IMG/VR virus record: IMGVR_UViG_3300000117_000004
Direction: 5' to 3' (one strand)
DNA length: 38,360 nucleotides
Origin: a virus
Part shown: positions 23,254-32,457 of the stretch, in pieces
Layout: the number at the start of each line of letters is the position of its first letter
How positions within the stretch are numbered: position 1 is the first letter of the stretch
The notes under the pieces: model-generated
What the model saw: the letters and a program-made list of their open reading frames with translations, nothing else
Told to the model about the DNA's origin: nothing
Databases searched by the model: none
Position numbers and translations under genes: made by a program

Positions 23254-24036
23254 CTACTTACTATTTTCTGGGTTTAGTGATTGTATATATGCATCATACT
23301 CTGGCTTAAGATTTGCCTTAATAAACTCTTCTTCAACTAAGTTTAGATTTCTATCGTATTTGTCTAAAGCATCTTGAACTAGCCTTTGTATTGCAAATCT
23401 AGATAATGAAACTTTATTTGCTAATTTTCTTTCTAGTTCTACAAGTTCTTCTAATTCTGCTTCTTTCTTTTTATTATCTGAAACAGTTAATTGTTTGGGC
23501 CTATCTTTGTAAACCTTTCTTTTCTTTTTTTCGTATTTTGCTTCTATATCTTTTCTTTTTTGTTCTATGCCTTCTTTTTCCAAACGTAATTCTTCTTTCT
23601 TCTGCTTGTAAGTAATGAAGTCTAGTTTAATCTTGGATTTTCTTTTTGCTTCAGCATCTTCGTCTTTCTTTACCTTATCTTTTATTTTCTGTTCTGCTTT
23701 CTGCGCTTTTTCTACTTCTTTCTTTGCATCCTCTTCAATCTTAAGGTCTAATTTTTGCTTTGCGAGTGTATTTTCTTTATTACGTCTTTGCTGTTCTCCA
23801 TACCCTTCTTCAAACTCTTTCTTTTGTTTTAGCGCTCTTTTATCTGACAAATCAAGAATCTTTGCCCTGGTTGTTGCATCCATTCTTTTCCATTGTTCAA
23901 GGTACATAGCATCTTCCTTGGCGCTATTTTGAGATTGGCCAATGTTAGTTGTTACATTGTCCTGGCTAGGCATTTGTTTTACCTTACCTTTTTGACTTAA
24001 TAAACTTTTAAAGTATGATTCGTTTGGCGCTGTCAT
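23254..24036 (-). CDS. Lys/Glu-rich long-helix protein (internal virion protein candidate)
   Basis: Long E/K-rich stretches (KKEVEKAQKAEQKIKDKVKKDEDAEAKRK...). The ATG at 24036 follows GAGGGA and the upstream stop. The track ORF starts at 24048. Confidence 0.55.
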   Translation of the reverse strand: MTAPNESYFKSLLSQKGKVKQMPSQDNVTTNIGQSQNSAKEDAMYLEQWKRMDATTRAKILDLSDKRALKQKKEFEEGYGEQQRRNKENTLAKQKLDLKIEEDAKKEVEKAQKAEQKIKDKVKKDEDAEAKRKSKIKLDFITYKQKKEELRLEKEGIEQKRKDIEAKYEKKKRKVYKDRPKQLTVSDNKKKEAELEELVELERKLANKVSLSRFAIQRLVQDALDKYDRNLNLVEEEFIKANLKPEYDAYIQSLNPENSK

Positions 24037-24037
24037 T

Positions 24038-24667
24038 TTATCCCTCATCTCCCTCGTTTAACTTATCTCGGTTTTTTGATACCCAATCTAAGAAGGCATC
24101 TCTGCTAGATTCGTTTTTGTTAGTACCAAAAAGGAAATCATCTAATTCATTTTGTCTTTTTTGACTACCATAAGCGCTGACTCCAGTGCTTAGTGCATCT
24201 CCAAAAGAACCAATGATATTATCTCTACGTTGCATTCTGGCTAAAGCATTATTATAATCAATGTCACTTATTCCCTGGCTAATCTCTGCGGCGCTTTTTA
24301 AAGCATTCATTTTAGAATCTTCATTAGCTAATGCTATTTCTTTTGCCATTCTAGCAAGTTCTAAAGTTGTTTTACCACCTTGCTTTAACATCTGTTCTGC
24401 TGGAATACCACTACTTTCCATGCCTTGCTGTATAGCTAAGTTTCTTATGTTTTGATTACTTTCTTTTTGAGACTGCTTTATATCTGTAGCAATGTCATTT
24501 TTTACATTTTCTCCATACAAACCATCTTTAGCAATTTGCCTTTGTTTGTTTAACAATGCTGTAGTATCACTACTAACTTTTCTCTGTGGTGTTTTTGAAA
24601 ATAATGACTGCCCAGCTTTTACAAGACTGGGTGCCGCCATCAATAACGCTCTTGTATATGGGTCCAT
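24038..24667 (-). CDS. Internal virion protein candidate, 209 aa
   Basis: The assignment rests on its position between the tubular-protein-like genes and the giant gene. No motif. Confidence 0.5.
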   Translation of the reverse strand: MDPYTRALLMAAPSLVKAGQSLFSKTPQRKVSSDTTALLNKQRQIAKDGLYGENVKNDIATDIKQSQKESNQNIRNLAIQQGMESSGIPAEQMLKQGGKTTLELARMAKEIALANEDSKMNALKSAAEISQGISDIDYNNALARMQRRDNIIGSFGDALSTGVSAYGSQKRQNELDDFLFGTNKNESSRDAFLDWVSKNRDKLNEGDEG

Positions 24668-24669
24668 AT

Positions 24670-24927
24670 CTAACTCACTTTCGTACCAGTAAACATGAAG
24701 GTATTACCTTCACTATCTTTAAAATAAATTCTTGATTCATCAGCTGTCGGACTATTTGGTCCAATCTGACCTTTTTTAATTGAAGTAAAAACAAACTGAT
24801 TAGTCTTTATATCGCTTGGCTTTACTTCACCAACAGTGACTCTAGTTTTAGTTTCTTTTTTTCTATTCTGAGTAACTTGCTGTATACCCTTATCAGTTTT
24901 TTCATCTGCAAATTTTATTCTAGCCAT
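24670..24927 (-). CDS. Small virion-module protein, 85 aa
   Basis: Tightly packed ORF with an ATG start. Confidence 0.5.
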   Translation of the reverse strand: MARIKFADEKTDKGIQQVTQNRKKETKTRVTVGEVKPSDIKTNQFVFTSIKKGQIGPNSPTADESRIYFKDSEGNTFMFTGTKVS

Positions 24928-25282
24928 CTATCTCTATCTCCAATTTTCTTATAACTACATCATTATTATCAGACTGAGTTGTTAACTCAATTGACAACGC
25001 TTTTGCCCTGGCTCCTACAGATGGCCTTCTACTTACAATTTTACTTCCACTACTATTAGCTGGGAAGTCAATAGAAAACAATGCTGTGCCACTTAATTCT
25101 CCATCTGCATATCCTTTACATGTAACAATGCTACCACTATCATAGTGCAGATTAATTCTTCTTATAATGTTAGATTTGTCATAATCACCACTGATATCAA
25201 TGATTCCAGTTTGATATATGCCTTGAATAGCCTCTGTGCTATTACTTTTATGCAATTCTCTTATTTCTGTTTTAAATGCCAT
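24920..25282 (-). CDS. Small virion-module protein, 120 aa
   Basis: Tightly packed ORF. Its start shares one nucleotide with the upstream stop. Confidence 0.5.
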   Translation of the reverse strand: MAFKTEIRELHKSNSTEAIQGIYQTGIIDISGDYDKSNIIRRINLHYDSGSIVTCKGYADGELSGTALFSIDFPANSSGSKIVSRRPSVGARAKALSIELTTQSDNNDVVIRKLEIEIDG

Positions 25283-27576
25283 TATGGACTCGGATTGGTG
25301 TTATAAACTCTAAAACCATATAGGCCAAGTTCATCGTCAGTAGCAAAAAAATCAGCGGCTTTAAAATTTGTTAAATCTGTAAATACATACTTGGTCCATA
25401 CATTCTGTATTAAATCATATGCATATATGTTAGAAGAGGTGTCTCCAAACTTGCATATAAGCCTATCTCTTTTAATGTCATACACTACTTTGCTACTACT
25501 TTTATTAGTAATACCTTGATAGATATCCTCAATAGGCTTAGTGATTGGAACAAAAGTAAAATCTGGCCTTATCTGAAACATATTATCATTAGCGCAGAAA
25601 AATAGATTATCTTTTGCATTTACAATACTTTCTGGAGCGATACAGCCTACACTTGTATTAACCTCTAACAATGTAAACAATGAAGGGTCACCCGATGATA
25701 CATCTAATCTAAATACACCCCTAGTCATAAAAACCACCAGGTTATTTAATATCCTATCTAAGCCATTTATAAATCCACCTTGCTGGTCCAAGATTCTAAT
25801 AAAATTAGTAGAAGGTATAATATCAGGCTGTCCTGGCTCACTATACATTACAAAATCAGGATGATTCTCAGGATTCCCATTTGGGTCTACTTGCACATTA
25901 CCAACAAAATGTGTATCGCCAATCATTTGACTATATTTATACCTAGTGTCTACAGTTGCATCTGTTCCTAGAAATGGCGCTAAAAAACTATTAGTATACC
26001 CAATGTCATAAAAGTGCAATGTAGAATGAGTGCTATCTCTAGTTAAAACATAATCTTTATATAAATCAACAGAATCACTATCAGAGTATGCATCAATATT
26101 ATCTAACCTTACAGCTTTACCAACTGACTCTAACACAATTCTTTGTCCACCACTAGCATTAACAGCTATGTAACCATTTGCGCCATTTATACCAAATCTA
26201 TCATCACTAGGCATATCATATATCAATGCTTTGTCATGCCACACAACATTAAATAAATCTGTTCTAGCATTACTTGCTGGAACTTCTCCAGTGAATTGTG
26301 GTAGGTTATCTGAACTTCTTTCCCCAAAATAAATTCTATGTATTTTACATTGTCCGTTAAAAACATAATCAGGGTCCGATGAACCAGTTTGTGCTTGTGC
26401 AATACCTTTTTGTAATAATGCTAAAAATGCAGAATCATTTAAAGGACCATCACTCGCATCAAATGTCCAAGTATTTCCACTGGAATTAGTACCATCTATA
26501 GGTGTACTCCCACCATATATAACTGGACTATTTCCTGGGCTTTGGAATGAATCTAAGACTCCATTTTCGTCAGGCATTAATACATACCAAGACACTCTAA
26601 GATTATTATAAGGAATTGTAGTTGTAACATTAGGCATACTTAAAACACCATCACTTGCTGTAAGGCTAGAATAGTTATCTATAAAAGTATTACTAAATAC
26701 ATGCCCATCACCCTCATACACTGTTTTATCTTTAAAAATAATATTATCAGTATCATTAGATGTGTTTATTGGGACCTCGCCAATCTGATAATAATTATCG
26801 TCATTACCAGTCTCCCTATAAATCTTTACACTAGTAATTCTAGGGTTAAAAGGATATGATTTATTTGGCGCTGTTCCACTACCTGATTGATTCGGCAGTC
26901 TAATAGATATTTTATTGCATTTATTAGCATTGCCCATGGTAACAGTTTTAAATGCAGTATCTAATGGCAGTTCTTGCGCCCCATCAAAGATTGGACTAAG
27001 TTTATAATTATATGTATTGTCAGCTAAAGTAAGTCCAGTATTAGCACCTAATGTGACAGCAGTAAGAGATTGAAAATCCATTTCAGCTGTTGTTGGATGT
27101 ACTGGTGTAGCATTTTGAAAAACATATTCATTTATTGTATCACTACCTTCAAAAAATTTTCTGCTTATATGCTGTAAAATCTTTGCTGGGTTACTTAAAT
27201 TATCTGTAGAAATTCTAAAGTCTTGCCCATGGTCATTTAAATCAACTCTAGCACTGGATGTAACTGCACTCCCACAATCTTGTGGAGAACTAAAATTACT
27301 ATTTAATTTTTTTATCTTATTATTAACAGCATCAAAACCAACCCAGATAGCTGGTATCTCAGCATTACTTGTATCTAAGTTAGATGGGGACCAATATTGT
27401 AACTGAGTTAAGCGAACACTAGTAAGTTCTGTTGCGCTACCTCTTCCATCATACTTGGTTAATGTACCTGGTGTATCTAATGAGAAGTTTTGATTTTGTC
27501 TAGAGTATTCCAGACCAATATCAGTAGGGTCTGCTTTCGTTGCAAGTCCTTGGAATTCCTTAACCTCTATTAACAT
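25282..27576 (-). CDS. Tail tubular protein B-like (nozzle) protein
   Basis: The call rests on size (764 aa) and position after the capsid/adaptor genes, in T7-like order. No rigorous homology check was possible. Confidence 0.45.
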   Translation of the reverse strand: MLIEVKEFQGLATKADPTDIGLEYSRQNQNFSLDTPGTLTKYDGRGSATELTSVRLTQLQYWSPSNLDTSNAEIPAIWVGFDAVNNKIKKLNSNFSSPQDCGSAVTSSARVDLNDHGQDFRISTDNLSNPAKILQHISRKFFEGSDTINEYVFQNATPVHPTTAEMDFQSLTAVTLGANTGLTLADNTYNYKLSPIFDGAQELPLDTAFKTVTMGNANKCNKISIRLPNQSGSGTAPNKSYPFNPRITSVKIYRETGNDDNYYQIGEVPINTSNDTDNIIFKDKTVYEGDGHVFSNTFIDNYSSLTASDGVLSMPNVTTTIPYNNLRVSWYVLMPDENGVLDSFQSPGNSPVIYGGSTPIDGTNSSGNTWTFDASDGPLNDSAFLALLQKGIAQAQTGSSDPDYVFNGQCKIHRIYFGERSSDNLPQFTGEVPASNARTDLFNVVWHDKALIYDMPSDDRFGINGANGYIAVNASGGQRIVLESVGKAVRLDNIDAYSDSDSVDLYKDYVLTRDSTHSTLHFYDIGYTNSFLAPFLGTDATVDTRYKYSQMIGDTHFVGNVQVDPNGNPENHPDFVMYSEPGQPDIIPSTNFIRILDQQGGFINGLDRILNNLVVFMTRGVFRLDVSSGDPSLFTLLEVNTSVGCIAPESIVNAKDNLFFCANDNMFQIRPDFTFVPITKPIEDIYQGITNKSSSKVVYDIKRDRLICKFGDTSSNIYAYDLIQNVWTKYVFTDLTNFKAADFFATDDELGLYGFRVYNTNPSP

Positions 27577-28535
27577 TATAAAATTCCAACAGCTAACCTA
27601 TCAGAAACATATCCCATATTGCCAGTATCTTTATTAGCGACAGTACTTCTGGCCTTTTCTCTATTTGCAACATATAAACTATAATGATTTTGATATTGTT
27701 TTATGTCACCTAAATCCTGATGTATCATTGCTTTTGCATAGTCTACTAAATGATAATGATAGACATCAGGAATCTGTGGTTTTGTATCAGTATAATCAAA
27801 TTGTACACCTTTTGTTCTAGCCAACCCACCAATACCTAACACATTCCAACCTTGAACAAACTGACTCCAGTCAGTGCCATAATCATTGGCATACTGGTCT
27901 GCTTCGCCACCACTTGCATAAAAATCTTCATTATTATTAGTAAAGCCATTTGTTATGTTTGATATAACAATATGACCTTCTAATGCATCTAAGTATTCTA
28001 TTCTTTCAACTGTTGCTGTTGTAGTTGTGCTATTACTAGCGCCAATTCTGGATTTTAAAACATCGCCAACTCTAAAGTATTCTGATGCAACAGTATCAAA
28101 TCTGAATCTTTTAAGGCCAGATAAACTTCTAAGACTTTTAGGTACACCAACATATGTTATTGTAAGTACCCCACTCTTTTGTGGTCTAGGTATTAGATAC
28201 ATTCTGTTATCTTCTATAAAATACTCATAGGGTGTACCAATCCTAGCTATGTTAGTATCTAAACTCTTTGTGTAATCAAGACTATTACTACTAGCCTTTT
28301 TTAAACAATGACTTCTAAAGATAGGCTCATCGGCCAATTCTACAAAATCATCTGGTAGCGTTATATGACTTTTCTCTTTGTAATAATAAACATTAATTTT
28401 TTTGACAAAGCATCTTGTAAACAATGCAAAGTCTTCCTGAGCCTCATCTAGATATAATCCAGCACGAGTATCTATTTGACCAATGCGACCCTCAAAAGGT
28501 ACTAAGGTCCTTGCGATTAAGTTATCCCATGTCAT
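27576..28535 (-). CDS. Tail tubular protein A / gatekeeper candidate (positional)
   Basis: 319-aa ORF immediately upstream of the nozzle-like gene. Overlapping start/stop. Confidence 0.35.
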   Translation of the reverse strand: MTWDNLIARTLVPFEGRIGQIDTRAGLYLDEAQEDFALFTRCFVKKINVYYYKEKSHITLPDDFVELADEPIFRSHCLKKASSNSLDYTKSLDTNIARIGTPYEYFIEDNRMYLIPRPQKSGVLTITYVGVPKSLRSLSGLKRFRFDTVASEYFRVGDVLKSRIGASNSTTTTATVERIEYLDALEGHIVISNITNGFTNNNEDFYASGGEADQYANDYGTDWSQFVQGWNVLGIGGLARTKGVQFDYTDTKPQIPDVYHYHLVDYAKAMIHQDLGDIKQYQNHYSLYVANREKARSTVANKDTGNMGYVSDRLAVGIL

Positions 28536-29176
28536 GAACCTACCCCCACTGGTTTTTCAATTGTATATCTTTCATTAAGCATTTTTATCTGTTCCATTGC
28601 GGAAGTCTTAGCTAATTGTGACCTATCTGTCTTATTGTCCATCCTCCACAACTCTGCTTCTGCTAAATCAACCATTATGTCATGTAGTGCAACATTTAAT
28701 ACTGGTTCTTGTGAACCACTTATAGAAGCTGGTGATTTTAGATAATACAAAAATGCATTTGTAAAACCACCTACTTGTGCATTTGGCCTAATGGTTACAT
28801 TATTACCAAATACCCAATACACTGGGTTTCCAGAATCAGCACTTAAATATTTATTCTCTAATTTCTTTACATCTGAAAAAGGTATTCTAATCGCATAAGT
28901 TGTCCCAAGCTGTACTGCACGAATACTATTTCGTATTGGGACCTGACTAGATTTATTAGTTGCATCACTTCCATCTAACGTAATTAAACCACCAGTACCA
29001 CTTATAGAAACAGAATCCTTAAACTCTAATTCTGTTAGATATGCTTCATGTAAAAAATTAGCTAACATTACTTGCGCTGTATTTAATGCGCTATCTTTTG
29101 TGGAAGCTGTAAAATTATTTTCGCCAGTATCTTCTAAACGAAGACCTAGCTTTGAATGCATTTGTGTTCTTGTCAT
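28532..29176 (-). CDS. Head-tail adaptor candidate (positional)
   Basis: 214-aa ORF between the capsid genes and the tail genes. ATGA overlap with the next gene. Confidence 0.35.
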   Translation of the reverse strand: MTRTQMHSKLGLRLEDTGENNFTASTKDSALNTAQVMLANFLHEAYLTELEFKDSVSISGTGGLITLDGSDATNKSSQVPIRNSIRAVQLGTTYAIRIPFSDVKKLENKYLSADSGNPVYWVFGNNVTIRPNAQVGGFTNAFLYYLKSPASISGSQEPVLNVALHDIMVDLAEAELWRMDNKTDRSQLAKTSAMEQIKMLNERYTIEKPVGVGS

Positions 29177-29190
29177 TTTTATTCAAGAGT

Positions 29191-29214
29191 TCCCTGGCCC
29201 ATAAGGACCAGGGA
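29191..29214 (-). promoter_or_regulatory. Hairpin downstream of the capsid/decoration genes (attenuator or mRNA-stabilising element)
   Basis: TCCCTGG-cccataagga-CCAGGGA lies in the 63-nt gap between 29240 and 29176. There is no strong T-run. Confidence 0.4.
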
Positions 29215-29239
29215 TTAACTCTATCTCTTTATTTAACTA

Positions 29240-29494
29240 TTAAGATTCGATAGAACCGATGATGGCCATTACTGTATTAACACCAGCCGCAGAAGTCTTG
29301 ATATAAGGCTTCGCGTTTTCAGCATCAATATAGATTGAACCCTTTGGACTTGCTTTCATGTCAGCAGAAGCTGGTGCGCCATTACCGACACAAAAATCAA
29401 CTCCACCAAATTCTATAACCTCAATGTCTCCACGCTTCTTTTTAACCATGCCCACGCTGACACCAACCTGAGCGCTACTTTGACTTATTGCCAT
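29240..29494 (-). CDS. Small capsid-associated (decoration?) protein, 84 aa
   Basis: It lies immediately downstream of the major capsid gene. The assignment rests on position only. Confidence 0.4.
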   Translation of the reverse strand: MAISQSSAQVGVSVGMVKKKRGDIEVIEFGGVDFCVGNGAPASADMKASPKGSIYIDAENAKPYIKTSAAGVNTVMAIIGSIES

Positions 29495-29506
29495 TATTTA
29501 CTCCTA

Positions 29507-30481
29507 TTAGTATGCAGAAGGAAGGCCATGAACACGACCTAACATTCTTGGGTTACTGCAAGTCAAAGCACCTAGCCAATAGATGTGCGCTACAGCGGCA
29601 TCTTGGTTTACTGGCTTGTTAAAACCTTGAAAAGCAAAGTTACGAGAAGCATGATGTCTAAACTTTAAATACTTAGAGTTTAAGAAGTACATGTTTCCAT
29701 CAGGACAATGGTCATCAACAACTACTGGTGTTCCTCTATAAAGAAGATTAGTAAAACCAGCGTCAGCCAAAGACTGTGAACTAGCACCAAATCTTTTTTG
29801 TGCAGATAAAGATTCTTCATATGCATCAAAAATAACTTGAGTAGTTACAATGATATCTGGCTTGTCGTTGTCAATTGAACATTTACCATACATCTCACGA
29901 ATGATGTCTTGAATTTCACCAGCCGCTAAGAGGTCATATGTCCAAACGCCACTATCATTAGCCTCAGACTGGTCAGAAACTTGACCATCCCACCAGGTGT
30001 AAGTACTACTATCAATACCACCTAAACTTCTGTCAGCTTTAACAATATGTTCTAATCCAAGAAAACCATTCCCACTACCACTTTCGGTACCATATAACTG
30101 AGTACCAAAAAGGTCTTTGAGAGATTTTTCTGCATTTTTAACCTTTGCAGAGATAAGGTCTATTACTCTTTCACTTCCAGAGTTCAATGCTTCTTCCCTA
30201 CCTGAGTAAGTAATAGAAGCATGACACTGAACCCAGTCATAAGCGGCATCAGTGAACACTTCTTGAGGAGAAGTATCTAATACATCATATCCGCTATAAA
30301 AACCATTGGCTGAGGACTTCGCATATTCAATAGGCTGAAGTACTTTGTTACCAGAGGCTATAGGTTCAGACTGTGACAACATTTTAAAAGTCAAAATGTT
30401 TGAATTGAAAATATTGTCAACTAACACTGGAATAAATTTGTCACGAGTAACAGCGGTTAAACTATCATAAGAAAGTGCCAT
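29507..30481 (-). CDS. Major capsid protein
   Basis: 324 aa, directly after an acidic scaffold-like gene and downstream of the portal. It has a strong RBS context. Size and order are typical of HK97-fold capsid genes. Confidence 0.65.
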   Translation of the reverse strand: MALSYDSLTAVTRDKFIPVLVDNIFNSNILTFKMLSQSEPIASGNKVLQPIEYAKSSANGFYSGYDVLDTSPQEVFTDAAYDWVQCHASITYSGREEALNSGSERVIDLISAKVKNAEKSLKDLFGTQLYGTESGSGNGFLGLEHIVKADRSLGGIDSSTYTWWDGQVSDQSEANDSGVWTYDLLAAGEIQDIIREMYGKCSIDNDKPDIIVTTQVIFDAYEESLSAQKRFGASSQSLADAGFTNLLYRGTPVVVDDHCPDGNMYFLNSKYLKFRHHASRNFAFQGFNKPVNQDAAVAHIYWLGALTCSNPRMLGRVHGLPSAY

Positions 30482-30502
30482 TTTATATTCCTATTCTGTT
30501 AA

Positions 30503-31384
30503 TTATTCATAAAACTTATAGTTCTTCAATGCATCGGACCTGGCATCCTTATAACTAGATGGTTTTCGCGTTGGCTCTTCTCGAAGCGCCTTTGCTGGAC
30601 CTTCTGGTTCTGGTATGCTTTTCATGGCCTTTGCATTTCTAGCCCTATTTACTGCGGTCTTAAAAGCACTATCCTCAGCTGATGTATGATAGGTTAAAAC
30701 AAATGCATCCTCTAAACCTTCTTGACCTACAAAGCCTTTTTCAATGGCTGTGGTAATAACCTCATCCATTAAATCTTGGTCCTCTAGTTCGGGATGTGTT
30801 TGCTTGAGATTTGCAAGGTCCTGGAAAACTTGCTGGTCGGCTTCTTTGACTGCTAGTTCTTCTTCTTTCTCTTGCTGTATCTCGTTTAACCTTTCTTCCA
30901 ACTCCTGGACCTTATCTAGGTCCTTCGTGTCCTGGTTCTGTATCTCTTCCGCTACACCTGGATTGAAGATAGGATGGTCATCTGGCAAGACATCTCTAAG
31001 TGCATCTATGGCATTTTCATCGTTCTGTAAATCGCGCCAAATCTGGCTTTCGTCTTGGAAAGCTTTACGTTCAGCGGACAACTGCTGTGCCTTTTCCGTA
31101 TTGGATTTTTGCCAATCAGATTTATTATTAAATGCCTCTAAAGCTTCACTTATTGTGTCGATATCATATTCAACACCATCCAGTTCTAAGCTTTCGACTT
31201 CTACCCCATCATCCAGGTCTGTTGTTGCTACTTCTTCTAACTGCTGTGATTGGTCCACATTGACATCATCAGTTGGGGAAAGTACCTCATCCCCTTGCCC
31301 AATAGGTTCTGTATCAGTTAAACTCGCTATTTCATCTGAAGTTAAAGTAACACCAGAATAGCTTGTTCTTATTTCTTCTGACAT
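30503..31384 (-). CDS. Scaffolding protein
   Basis: 293 aa, very acidic, predicted helical/coiled coil (ELEERLNEIQQEKEEELAVKEADQQ). It lies between the portal and the capsid. Confidence 0.6.
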   Translation of the reverse strand: MSEEIRTSYSGVTLTSDEIASLTDTEPIGQGDEVLSPTDDVNVDQSQQLEEVATTDLDDGVEVESLELDGVEYDIDTISEALEAFNNKSDWQKSNTEKAQQLSAERKAFQDESQIWRDLQNDENAIDALRDVLPDDHPIFNPGVAEEIQNQDTKDLDKVQELEERLNEIQQEKEEELAVKEADQQVFQDLANLKQTHPELEDQDLMDEVITTAIEKGFVGQEGLEDAFVLTYHTSAEDSAFKTAVNRARNAKAMKSIPEPEGPAKALREEPTRKPSSYKDARSDALKNYKFYE

Positions 31385-31440
31385 AGATTCTCCTATTTAT
31401 TGATTAAAATTTTTATTTGGTTTGCAGATGTATCAAAGAA

Positions 31441-31575
31441 TCAATATGAAGATTTAGAAGGTTTTTTATATTTAACCTTAGCTTTCTTCTTATGCTTCTT
31501 GACTTTGACTTTTTTCTTAGATGTCTTTGATGTTTCCATTACACCTACAGCTGTCTTACCTTTTTTATCTTTCAT
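31441..31575 (-). CDS. Lys-rich mini-protein, 44 aa (MKDKKGKTAVGVMETSKTSKKKVKVKKHKKKAKVKYKKPSKSSY)
   Basis: Hand-translated. The ATG lies 2 nt after the upstream stop. Confidence 0.4.
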   Translation of the reverse strand: MKDKKGKTAVGVMETSKTSKKKVKVKKHKKKAKVKYKKPSKSSY

Positions 31576-31577
31576 TA

Positions 31578-31862
31578 TTAGTATCCGCGCTTTTTATTAA
31601 TCTTATCTACTACTTTGTTATACAACTTAGGACCTTGTTTCATAACAGCTTCTGTCAACGCTTGTGCGCCCATCATCTGACCCAAGATTTTTACCTTTTT
31701 CTTCATAGACTTACCTTTTTGAGCGTGTACTTGTGCTACCAATGTAGAAGCTACCTGACCAGCTAATTTTCGAGAAGGATAGTCGGCTATATATTTCATT
31801 TTCTTTAATTTTTTCTTTTTCTTTTTTGCTAAAGAGTTCATGTATTTTTCTTTATCCATCAT
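31578..31862 (-). CDS. Lys-rich basic protein, 94 aa
   Basis: Starts MMDKEKYMNSLAKKKKKKLKKMKY. ATGA overlap with the upstream mini-ORF. Confidence 0.55.
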   Translation of the reverse strand: MMDKEKYMNSLAKKKKKKLKKMKYIADYPSRKLAGQVASTLVAQVHAQKGKSMKKKVKILGQMMGAQALTEAVMKQGPKLYNKVVDKINKKRGY

Positions 31863-32008
31863 TTCCCCACTTGCTTCATTGCAGTTTTATGTGCTTTGTC
31901 AAATGACATACCACGATTAATTAATGCTTTCATCACTTTCATATGCTTAGAAGTATGGTGCTTCCTATGCTTTTTAAGCATCTCCATATATTTCTCTTTG
32001 TTATGCAT
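31859..32008 (-). CDS. Basic mini-protein, 49 aa (MHNKEKYMEMLKKHRKHHTSKHMK...)
   Basis: Hand-translated. It shares the KEKY-x-x-x-L-x-KK motif with its neighbours. Its ATG overlaps the upstream gene's end by 8 nt. Confidence 0.4.
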   Translation of the reverse strand: MHNKEKYMEMLKKHRKHHTSKHMKVMKALINRGMSFDKAHKTAMKQVGK

Positions 32009-32195
32009 AACTTTTCTTTTTCTTCTTCTTTTTCAAAGATGCTAAATACTTTTCTTTTTTACTAGTTTGTGATTCTTTTAAAGCTTTAGCAGTCGGCGCA
32101 CCTTTTTCACCAGGCTTTCTCATTTTCTCGCCACTACCAGCTTTTATTCTTTTTCTTTTGGCATGTATATTTGCCCATAAACCTCTTTTAGCCAC
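32001..32195 (-). CDS. Lys-rich basic protein, 64 aa
   Basis: GLWANIHAKRKRIKAGSGEKMRKPGEKG...KKEKYLASLKKKKKKKSYA. GTG start overlapping the upstream stop. Confidence 0.5.
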   Translation of the reverse strand: MAKRGLWANIHAKRKRIKAGSGEKMRKPGEKGAPTAKALKESQTSKKEKYLASLKKKKKKKSYA

Positions 32196-32457
32196 ACTTA
32201 CATCTCCATTTTCTTAATGCCTTATTTATTCTGCTGTTAGGGTCATTAGCTGTTTTAGCTGATGTCAACCTTTTTTTCATTCCGCACATTCTAGCGCAAA
32301 AACTTTTACGTCTTGATTTAGCTTTACCTTTTGGATTTTTCTTTGTTACTGGTGCTTTTAGGTTACCCCCAGTGGCACGATTATAACTGGCACGACCTTT
32401 AGCATTAAGGCCACCTGATTCAGATTGACCTTCTTTTTTAGTCCATGCCTGGCTCAT
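32188..32457 (-). CDS. Basic protein, 89 aa
   Basis: GGLNAKGRASYNRATGGNLKAPV...RRKSFCARMCGMKKR...ALRKWRCKCG. Its start overlaps the end of the portal gene. Confidence 0.55.
   Translation of the reverse strand: MSQAWTKKEGQSESGGLNAKGRASYNRATGGNLKAPVTKKNPKGKAKSRRKSFCARMCGMKKRLTSAKTANDPNSRINKALRKWRCKCG

Noticed and set aside
30744-31361. 205-aa plus-strand ORF
   Set aside because: It is antisense to the acidic scaffold gene. The Ser-rich product is the mirror of GAA/GAT-rich coding sequence.
31441-32457. The lysine-rich ORFs as one gene broken by homopolymer sequencing errors, or a CRISPR-like or simple-repeat array
   Set aside because: Each ORF begins with its own ATG or GTG placed exactly at the preceding stop (ATGA, 8-nt overlap, 2-nt gap). 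That is the signature of translational coupling rather than random frameshifts. The A/T-rich runs encode Lys tracts and have no spacer-repeat periodicity.
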